From Magallana gigas (taxonomy: Eukaryota): DNA of 64,000 nt. The DNA lies in NCBI RefSeq assembly GCF_963853765.1, contig NC_088859.1:47678001-47742000 (forward strand), given 5' to 3'. A model generated the notes under the pieces. It worked only from the letters and a program-made list of their open reading frames with translations. It searched no databases and was not told the origin of the DNA. Below, piece after piece: positions 55,077 through 64,000 of this stretch. A program made the position numbers and the translations under genes. Position 1 is the stretch's first letter; each line of letters starts with the position of its first letter.

Positions 55077-56622
55077 TGTTTATTTAAACAATATTTTATT
55101 ATGTAAAAAATATCACATAATAGGATTGGGCAGCAGGCAATCTGCCTATTTGAGCCCTCTCCTTTAACAGTCAATTTGACAAACATTGATGGTACAATGT
55201 AACAATAGTAGAGAAAAATAAAGGAAAAAAAAATAAATAAAAAAATAAGTGGAATCAAAATGCTTGGTACCGGGTATTATTTATGTACAAAATGAAAAAT
55301 AGTTGTAGAAAGCTAGCAATTCAGCTGTTTGAGTGACACTGTGAATAATGCATTAAAACTTAAATCTTTTGGTAGCTAATATATAATCATGTACAATCTT
55401 AAATATAGCAACATTTTCGTTATAAGGCAAACTACTGTCCCCATATAATAATAAGTCCAGAGAGATGGGGATATCTAAGTGTAAATTACTTATTGACTGT
55501 ATAAAAACTTGCCTCTGTGCATCATAATGTGGACAGACAAAAAAATAATGATAAGCATTTTCAGATACATAACCACACATATCACAAATAGAATTTTCAC
55601 ACAAAAAATGATTGAATAGGTCAGCATTTAAATTGCTTGCATTATTTCTTATCTGACAATGTATAATATTTGCTTTTCTGTTTCCAAAGTCATAAAGTTT
55701 GTTTGGCTTTCTAAAGAATATGTTTTTTATGGCTGTTTTGAATGAAGACTCAGTTGGTAAAATTCTAATGTGAAGAGGTAATTCATTCCATAATTTTATA
55801 GATGAAGGTAGAAAGCTGTTCATAAAGGCAGTTGTTTTTATCTGGGGTATAACAAATTTAAAATCATCTTGGTGTCTTAGTGAGTAATTATTTTGCGGTG
55901 TACATGGCATAAGTAAATCCTGTAGATATTTGGGAGCAAGACCATGGACCATTTGATAAAATAATGTGAGTTTATGAACCTTCCTTCTATCTGATAGTAG
56001 ATCAATACCCAATTCATCATATAGAGCTGACCTGGATGAGTTACTTCTAAGACCTGATATAATCCTTGCAGCAGTTACTTGGATATCTTCTAGAAGTTTA
56101 ACTTCTCTATCATAACAATTATCCCAAACTATATCAGCATATTCTAAAACTGGTCTTATAAATGAAAAATATATTTTTTTTAGAGAGCATCTACATAGCT
56201 TATATTTAACAAGTTTCAATAGGTTTAACCTTATACAAGCTTTTTCATGAATAGAATTAATATGTTGTTTCCAACCTCCATCATATTGGAGATTTACTCC
56301 AAGATGGATGTGACTATAACTTTTTGTATAAATGGACCATGGACACCAAACTGCACAGGGGGATGAGATATATTTTTTCTACTGAAATCAAGGTTTTTGG
56401 TTTTACTGGGATTAAAATCAACTGCCCATATGTCAGACCATTTACATATTTTGTCAAGATCAGAAACAAGTGAATTTGTTACAGCATGTGTGTCATTGTC
56501 AACAATAACATATATAGAAGTGTCATCAGCAAAAAGACGAAGATTGTTTGATATATCATAAGACATGTCATTAATATATAATAAAAATAAAAATGGACCA
56601 AGAACAGATCCTTGGGGAACAC
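55077..56622 (-). mobile_element. 5'-truncated CR1/L2-type LINE (RT C-terminal half + 3' UTR), one frameshift
   Basis: VPQGSVLGPFLFLLYIND...LFADD RT motifs, IRPVLEYADIVW, and C-terminal CDMCG/HYFFVC. Frameshift near 56315; AATAAA near the 3' end; exact 11-bp TSD AGTTACATGAT at 55066-55076 and 56623-56633. Confidence 0.95.
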
Positions 56623-56874
56623 AGTTACATGATGACAGGAAATGATACAAAATATTGTTGGGCTATTGGATTAAGCTCCATCCAAATTTGCAATAATATG
56701 ACGATATTTCGTTGTACCATGACTGGCGTTTTTTGTTTGTTTTCTTATTTACACAAAAATTATGGTCTTCTGTCAATAACTGAGGCATGTGATACTGTTA
56801 AAAGACACGGCATACATGCAGTCTTTGACAGTGCATTCTGTGGATGCCTTTACAGATTAACGGGTGGTTTGCCG

Positions 56875-57075
56875 GTGTAACGAAGAATATTGACCCGGGG
56901 GTCATTTTTCAACGTTGAATATTGACCCGGGGGTTATTTTTCAACGTTGAAAATTGAGACCAAAATCGTGAAATTTATACCCGGGGTCATTTTTCAACGT
57001 TATGAGAAAGATTTTTCTAAACTCTGATGACCACGACACGTTGAAAATTGATCCTGTTGAGAATTGACCCCAACC
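56875..57075. repeat. DNA-transposon-type subterminal repeat cluster
   Basis: Repeated AATATTGACCCGGGG...TTTTTCAACGTTGAA motifs. Confidence 0.55.
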
Positions 57076-58414
57076 TCAGAGTTTTGATCTGAACTGTAAC
57101 TTACTCTACACGGTTTAAATGTACCATCTTGCACATATTTGAAAGTTTCAGTTTTAAAATTTTCATACACTCCGATACGTATGCGGACGTGGCTGATTTC
57201 TTTTTAGGTTGATCATTTAATTTTGAGACTGAAAATATGATATCCATTTATTATTACAATACTATGTAAATAAAGCTAAGATGATGACCGTTTGCTTCGG
57301 AATGAAACAGGTGAGTCGGGCAAGAATACTTTTTGACATTCTCTGCAAGTGTAGTGATTTTTTGTAACGTATAATTGTAAAATCATTAAATATGACTTCA
57401 CAAATATTTACATTTATTACACTACCTTAAATTTATCAAATTATTGTTTTAATATACTTTTAGACATTTCATAAACCAAATTTTGAGAAAAAAAATGAAT
57501 CGATACTTTAAAGTATATACATCATGATCATTAAAATGATATTTGAATATATGCTTACATGTACATCAACATACAAATGATAATAAATGTATTCATGCAC
57601 ATGTAGTCATTGAATCAAATATGTTTAAAGAAGATGGAGAAATAAGATGGCGCAAATGCCCATTCGGTTAAGTAGTGAAATACAATTTTTAATTTATTTT
57701 TTCCAAATTAAATCTATTCAAATATATTATGATACAAGTTTGCAAAGCACAATTTCAAACTATATTAATTTTTAATACATTTAACAAAAGATAAGAAAAA
57801 AAATATTGTCTGTAATTTTGGTGGTATCGAACCCATAACATAAAAACCCTAGATATTTAGGTTAGCTTATGTCAGGTACTCTAACCACTGATCCATTTCA
57901 GACAGAACAAAGTGGGTTGTTAAAATATCATGTGTGACTTTGGCCACGAATTAACGGACTTATTTTTTCAAAACGTTCAATTATTGGGATACAAAATGAT
58001 ATTTTTAATGTACAGTGGGTCATCTCTCCACGTTTTTGTTGATTGAAATCGGTTTGTTTTCCAATAGCCCTTATTTAAACAATGAGAAAAATATGGAGCA
58101 CAGACCCACTCTATAAAAGAAAATGCCTTGAAGTTCTATAAAATGACAGTATTTGCAGGTTTTGATACGTTTACGCCTGTTTGAGTCAACATATTCCAAG
58201 TATTGAACATATCCATAGGTTAAAAATAAATGATTTGTTAAATATATATTGTTTTAAATAATTTTTTAAAAAAATATCAGATTTATTGATACTTTAATTT
58301 TTCAGTAGCTTGTCCGACTATGTATGGGCATTTTACACGCCTTATCCACCCTCTTCTTAAGATGAACAATATCAAATTGTGAATTTGACATTAAATTTGT
58401 TTTACATTCCATCA

Positions 58415-59989
58415 GTACAAAATCCTGTATTAAGACACCAAGAATGTTATCTGATGTTTTTGAAAACTCACTTGGTCTTCTTCAAGGGGAGGTATTGTCC
58501 CCCATTCTTTTCTCATTTTATGTTAATGATTTAGAAATGGAGTTCATTAAGAATGGTAATGTCCCTTTGCAAGTACAAGAGTTAAATCTTTTTACGTTAA
58601 TGTATACTGATGATATGGTGTGTTTTGCAGAATCTGTACATGAACTTCAACTAATGTTGAACACGTTGTATGATTAAAACTTTAAAATGGGACTTGGTCA
58701 TTAATACAGATAAAACAAAAGTTGTAGTATTTAGAAATGGAGGTAAAATCCATGAAAATGAAAAATGGCATATACATACTGACCATATAGAAGTTGTAGA
58801 TAAATTTATGTATCTTGGTGTTTTATTGAACTACAATGGGAATTTTAATGTAACACAAAGACAATTAGCCAGTCAAGGTAGAAAAGCAATGTTCTGTCTA
58901 AGATCTAAGGTTAGTCAATTGAATTTAAATGTGGAAACTATGTTCTCTCTTTTTGACACTTATGTAAGTAGTACATTGAATTACGGATGTGAAGTCTGGG
59001 GAAACCACAGTGCGGGTGACATTGAGAAAATACATTTAGAATTCATAAACAATGTTCTGTGTGTTAGAAAAAATACAAATACGTCTATGGTGTATTTTGA
59101 AACTGGCAGGTTGCCGTTGAGGATTGTCGCTATTTTCGGATTTTTAAGTTTTGGTTTAAATTATTACAAAGTAAAAATTGCATTTTGAGGTCATGTTATG
59201 ATAAAATGTTAGAAGAGTGTGAACACAAATTGAAAAATGTATCAAACTGGGTGTCAAATATCAAAGACAAATTGTTTGAAATTGGTTTAGGCTACATCTG
59301 GGCTGACCAACACAGAATATGTTATAAAAGCCATTTTTTACTTATTAAGCAAAGAATAATTGATACTTTTGTACAAACTCTTTTTGCAGATATGAATAGT
59401 TCATCTAGATGTATGTTATATAAATATATTATTGACCATTTTTCACTGCAATATTATTTGGTGAAACCCATTCCTTGTATTTACAAAAAACAACTCAGTA
59501 AAATCAGAATGTCATCACATAATTTATCCATAGAAAGTGGACGCCACAGAAATATTGTGCGAAATAACAGAATATGTGAATTTTGTAGATCCGAAATTGA
59601 AGATGAATATCACTTTGTCTTAATATGTCCACGATACCAGCAATTAAGAGCCATATATATAAAAAAAATACTATTGGAAAAAACCATCAATGTATAAATT
59701 TATACAGCTATTATGTGTAAACAATGTTAGAGAACTCTGTAACTTAGGAAAATTCTTGCATCATGCCTTCAAACTACATGTTGACTAATATACTATTTTT
59801 ATAACAATTGTTGTAATTAAATTGATGTGTTGAATTGACATTCTCCAACGCTATCATCACTGTATTACATATTTATTGCTATTACCATTTGTTAGTAAAT
59901 CCATGCAATGTGCTGCACATATTATTTATAAAAATTTCATATGCAATAAGATGTATGTCTTACGCAATAAAGAAAGTTGAAGTTGAAGT
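58415..59989 (+). mobile_element. 5'-truncated, frameshifted RTE-X-like LINE
   Basis: Three consecutive ORFs: GLLQGEVLSPILF/MYTDD, YGCEVWG...ETGRLPL, and SHNLSIESGR...CEFC..IEDEYHFVLIC. 3' AATAAA and a (GTTGAA)n tail at about 59966-59989. Confidence 0.88.
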
Positions 59990-60289
59990 ATAACAATTTG
60001 TTTTATAACTGGTCATATTTTTTTTAGTTTTTGTAATCAATTAAAAAAACTGATTTATTTTTTTTTATTTTTAAATAATAATGTATTTTCTATTCTACAG
60101 GCACGTAGTAAATTGCATGAAGAATTTAATGGTACTAATTGTTTTCACAGAATTTGCGTATAAATAAGGTAAATCAGTCGAAAACTAGCGCACGTTTTTC
60201 TGCGCAATAAATATACAATTTTTTCAATGGGTGGCCCTGTAGCTCTCCGGTCTGTCAATATTTTTTTCCCGGAGAGCTACAGTTCTGCA

Positions 60290-60640
60290 GCTACGTCTAC
60301 ATGTAGATTATGGAATAAGTTTCATGCAGAAAAGAAAATTTCATCAACTTTATCCATCTTTAAGTCAGAACTTAAAAAAAATATACCCAGAGCTTACAAA
60401 CACTTCAGGTAAGGAAATAGGAAATATTATTCTACGTCAATTACGGAATAAAGCTAGTAAAGCTTACTTATCTAGGGGGGTTTTAATTGATGAAAGTCGA
60501 TGTTTATACTGTGGGTCTGAATCTGAAGGAAAGTGTGATTTTCCCCCCTGGATGCCCAAGATACACTCAACAAAGAGACGAACATTTTATACAACTTATT
60601 GGCATTAGTGTACCTTTTCATATGATCAATATACTTCTGA
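60290..60640 (+). pseudogene. Decayed 3' end of a CR1-type ORF2
   Basis: Frameshifted peptides CRLWNKF..., NIILRQLRNKAS, CLYCGSESE and GCPRYTQQR are collinear with the C-terminus of the ORF at 55353-56219. Confidence 0.6.
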
Positions 60641-60924
60641 TTTTTCATATAAAGAAAATTATAAAATTGTTTCCCATGTTTTTAGTTATATTGGACCTCC
60701 CAAACGTTTTTGATTCTCTTAAGTTACACTTTTTAAACCTATTTAAGTATTATACATGTATATTTACTTATTATATAGTTTCCTTTTATTTACTGTTCTT
60801 TTCAAATGGGCTGGATCATGAAAATCACATTCTTAGGTTTGTATATTTGCAATTATAAATGAAGGTGATAGATTTGTTAATGTAGGTGTGAGTGAACATG
60901 TATATCAACAATATGTCTTACAAT

Positions 60925-61090
60925 CAGGCTTGGGGCGAATTACATTGTAAAGTAATGCATTACATTACCATTACTTCATGAATTTGGGCATTAAATTACC
61001 ATTACCATTACTTGATTTTCTTGAAGTAATGCATTACATTACCATTACATGAGTAAAGTAATGCATTACCATTACCATTACTTTTTTTTT
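60925..61090. mobile_element. hAT-like MITE left end with GTAATGCATTAC subterminal repeats
   Basis: Begins CAGGCTTGGGG, with tandem GTAATGCATTAC palindromes and ATTACC repeats; ends at the poly-T tract before the LINE. Confidence 0.55.
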
Positions 61091-61499
61091 TAAAGTAAAG
61101 CTAATAAAGAGTTTTTTTGTTTTTTTTTTTTTTTTTTTTTTTTTTTTTCAATCCACGTGACCAACATGGAGTAGTCGAGATTTTGGTCGCTCCGCATTTT
61201 ATGTAGATTTATTTGATAAAAGGAATGGATCACACCAGGATTTCATTTAAAAGGTAACAAACACAACACGTTACTGATATTTATGCATTTTGTGCATTGA
61301 AAATGTCCATTTACAAACAACATGCAGTTAGAAAGCCTTTTTGCGACCAGTGAGTTCAGCTCACGGGTTATGGACTAAGGAGTAAGGACAGTCATTCGTT
61401 TACTCGTATTTACCCACATGCTTGTGCAAAACTTTATGTGCTTATACCTTTATGTGTCTTTATGTGTCCGTGTGAAGAGTGATTTATATTAAATTAACA

Positions 61500-62468
61500 A
61501 TGAGTGGAAGAGGTAAATCGTTCAACGGTAACAGGGGCAACAGATCATACAGATCAAGTAAACAGCCTCAAGCCAGTATTCATTCCACACCCATATCAAA
61601 CTCATCTGACAAACCAAAATCACTTAAAAGGTACAGACCAAATTCTGACTCTGAAATTTCCCAAGAACTCCAAGATCTAAGTAACATACTTGATAATTTG
61701 TCAAACAATAAGGAGCTTCTTAAACAAGCCACCAGCATTATCCTCGACAAACCAGCAATCAAAAACTGTATCCTTGGTGAACTTTCTAATGAAGTTCAAG
61801 AACTCAAGTTTAAAACTGTCAATCTCGAGAATCGTATCGATGAGCTCGAACAGTACTCGAGAAAGACATGTCTCAAATTTTCCGGTATACCGGAAAATGT
61901 AAACGAAAATACAGACGACCTTGTGATTAACACAATTAACTCATTCGTCCTGCCACCTGATGCCAGAAAACTGGACAAATACGCAATAAGCACTTCCCAC
62001 AGACTCGGTCCTCGGAACAAGGAAAAACCACGCGACATCATCGTTCGTTTTGTTAGATATCGAGACAAAGCCGTGGTTTATGCTAACAAAACCAACCTTA
62101 AAGGGTTCAACACAAACTCCAATAACAGTTACAGAATCTTCATCAATGAAGCCCTTACGAAGAAGCGATCTATCATTTACGCCAGCGCCAGGCAGGCTGT
62201 TCGCACCGGAAGTGCCAAGGGATGCTGGACTATCGACGGGAAGATTTTCGTTAAACGTAATGACGATAAACGGGTTTTGATCAGGACACAGGAAGACTTG
62301 GACACTCTTGTCTCTCGTGCAGCAACGATGCAGGACGCGTACTGTGAATCTGACATTGAGGAAGCTACCGAATCTACCAATCAAACGCGCCGTAGCTCGT
62401 ATTCTGACGTGGTGAAGAGTTTTCCTACACAAGATGACCGATCGAATGACTGCTTAAATCCTAAATAA
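61500..62468 (+). CDS. LINE ORF1 protein, 322 aa (basic N-terminus, coiled coil, RRM-like domain)
   Basis: ENRIDELEQYSRKTCLKFSGIPE, SHRLGP, PRDIIVRF, IFINEALT and CWTIDGKIFV are typical ORF1p motifs. Confidence 0.92.
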   Translation: MSGRGKSFNGNRGNRSYRSSKQPQASIHSTPISNSSDKPKSLKRYRPNSDSEISQELQDLSNILDNLSNNKELLKQATSIILDKPAIKNCILGELSNEVQELKFKTVNLENRIDELEQYSRKTCLKFSGIPENVNENTDDLVINTINSFVLPPDARKLDKYAISTSHRLGPRNKEKPRDIIVRFVRYRDKAVVYANKTNLKGFNTNSNNSYRIFINEALTKKRSIIYASARQAVRTGSAKGCWTIDGKIFVKRNDDKRVLIRTQEDLDTLVSRAATMQDAYCESDIEEATESTNQTRRSSYSDVVKSFPTQDDRSNDCLNPK

Positions 62469-62600
62469 ACTAAATGTGTCTCAGATATGTGAACTTAACA
62501 AATTTGTGTCTTCTACACCTATCTGTGTGATTCTACGATCGATAACTCACTTCACTAATTGCGGAACTGTGAACTAAGTGTATATATTTTTGTTTACACT

Positions 62601-63140
62601 ATGTTGCATTACGTTATTCTCATAGTCATGCTATATTTAGCATTGTACTGGTCAGTAGGAACCGTCCAGTACACTTTTTGTTTTCTCCTTTCTGAGGAGC
62701 AATCAATCACTCCAGTCTTTTGTACATTTATTTTTGGTGTTATTGATTTTTCATTACACCATCTGTTTTATATAACTCATATTTTTTTCATTTTTTTTCA
62801 TATTTACTACAGTCTAACGCAATACGTTTATGCGTTATTTAACTACCTTTGTATATTGTTATTTACCTTTTGTTTTGTCATTGTGCACATACATTTTTTA
62901 TGCTATTACTTTCACCCCTACGTTTTGTTTATCTCTTTTGTTGAACAATATTTTGTCAATTGTCATATTGAGGTATCGTCATTTTCATTTGAATACCTTC
63001 ATTCAGCTGTAAGTTTACTACTAGTGGTGTATCTTCCGGTTTTTGGTCTTATTCATTACCCATATACGACACATTATACAGATTGCAGCCATCATTTCCC
63101 CCCTATTGTTATCAAACAGTTAATCATTGACAATGGGTAA
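62601..63140 (+). CDS. Putative extra hydrophobic ORF (179 aa from ATG; frame open from 62559) between ORF1 and ORF2
   Basis: Stop-free frame across the whole spacer; its TAA (63138-63140) overlaps the ORF2 start (ATG 63133-63135). No homology recognised. Confidence 0.45.
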   Translation: MLHYVILIVMLYLALYWSVGTVQYTFCFLLSEEQSITPVFCTFIFGVIDFSLHHLFYITHIFFIFFHIYYSLTQYVYALFNYLCILLFTFCFVIVHIHFLCYYFHPYVLFISFVEQYFVNCHIEVSSFSFEYLHSAVSLLLVVYLPVFGLIHYPYTTHYTDCSHHFPPIVIKQLIIDNG

Positions 63141-64000
63141 TTCATTAGAACAATACCGTGCTGCAATCGGTAACTTCTATTTTTCATGCAGATGTGTATG
63201 CAGAAGTGTTCTGGTCAATTTTTTTGGTTTCTCATTTTTTTCTAAGATCTTTATGTTTCGAAGTATTTGTCTTTTTGCATTAGCTATGAAACACTTAAGC
63301 CGTCACATTGTCGTTTATAATTTCTATCTACAATTTTTCATGTTTCTTTTACTTCTCTGCGGTGATATTGAAGTCAACCCGGGACCTATTATGACCAATG
63401 TCCTTGACATTTTACATTTGAACATTCGCAGTATTAGAAACAAAGTCGCGAATCTTAATACTATAGTGCATGATTTTGATATACTTTGTTTTACCGAAAC
63501 ACATCTAGATCGTAATGTTACTAACGAAAGCTTAATGTTAGATGGATTTAACACTATTTATCGCAAGGACAGAAATTGTTTTGGGGGAGGGATAATGATA
63601 TATTTATCAGATTTATTACGAGCAATAAGGCGTCCTGAATTCGAAACAACATGTAATGAAAGCATATGGATAGAAATTGAAAGCCATACCTGTAGTTATT
63701 TTCTATGTTGCGTGTATCGACCCCCAAATTCCGACGGAAATTTTTGGACCAGTCTTTCTTGGAGCATTGAAAAGGTCGGGGAAATCACAGACAATATCAT
63801 TATAATAGGCGATCTAAATGTTGATTTGTTAAGTATTCCACAAACTCATGTAATTCACGATATTATGTCCAACGGAAACTTTGTTAACAATATCAATGAA
63901 CCCACTCGTGTCACAAACACTTCGAGCACACTCATTGACCTAGTTTTGTCAACACCGGCTGTAAAGGTACACGAGTCCGGCGTACTTAACATAGACTCGT
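63133..64000 (+). CDS. LINE ORF2, partial: 84-aa leader, 2A-like motif, APE endonuclease
   Basis: Manually translated, open to the window end (absent from the ORF track because there is no stop): MGNSLEQYRAAIGNF...LLLLCGDIEVNPGP...HLNIRSIRNK...FTETHL...RKDR..GGG...VYRPP...GDLN...EPTR...TLIDLV. Confidence 0.93.
   Translation, partial: MGNSLEQYRAAIGNFYFSCRCVCRSVLVNFFGFSFFSKIFMFRSICLFALAMKHLSRHIVVYNFYLQFFMFLLLLCGDIEVNPGPIMTNVLDILHLNIRSIRNKVANLNTIVHDFDILCFTETHLDRNVTNESLMLDGFNTIYRKDRNCFGGGIMIYLSDLLRAIRRPEFETTCNESIWIEIESHTCSYFLCCVYRPPNSDGNFWTSLSWSIEKVGEITDNIIIIGDLNVDLLSIPQTHVIHDIMSNGNFVNNINEPTRVTNTSSTLIDLVLSTPAVKVHESGVLNIDS
63346..63387 (+). other. 2A-like ribosomal StopGo motif LLLLCGDIEVNPG/P
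   Basis: Exact match to the D(V/I)ExNPGP consensus preceded by a leucine tract, directly before the APE domain. Confidence 0.85.

Larger units (their letters stand above)
61149..64000 (+). mobile_element. Apparently intact CR1/L2-type LINE, 5' portion (runs off right edge; 5' end approximate)
   Basis: 5' UTR with CACGTGAC and CAACATGG motifs, then ORF1 and an uninterrupted ORF2 with an APE endonuclease domain. Confidence 0.9.

Noticed and set aside
57810-57900. tRNA-like boxes on the minus strand (also fragments near 48040-48200)
   Set aside because: No cloverleaf; decayed repeat-derived sequence.
61941-62432. 163-aa antisense ORF in the LINE
   Set aside because: Lies wholly opposite ORF1 in a GC-richer coding region; most simply a shadow ORF.

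Overview
AT-rich eukaryotic genomic DNA, most likely an oyster or other bivalve (inferred from the repeat families). It holds three spliced genes. (1) The 5' part of a type I PKA regulatory subunit gene (PRKAR1A/Pka-R1) on the minus strand, running off the left edge. Besides the canonical D/D-domain first exon, its introns contain up to four candidate alternative first coding exons. One has a Met-Gly N-terminus, and one would skip the inhibitory pseudosubstrate altogether. (2) A complete 16-exon LENG8 (SAC3/GANP/THP3 family) gene on the plus strand, head-to-head with PRKAR1. (3) A two-exon ~250-aa gene of unknown family on the minus strand. The rest is rich in transposons: many MITEs, a tRNA-headed TRIM, a 4.3-kb CACTA-like element carrying a decayed spliced gene, and four LINE pieces. 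The last LINE is an apparently intact CR1/L2-type element with ORF1, an unexplained 179-aa hydrophobic ORF whose stop overlaps the ORF2 start, and a 2A-like StopGo motif ahead of the endonuclease. All coordinates, alignments and family assignments were made by eye; no searches were run.
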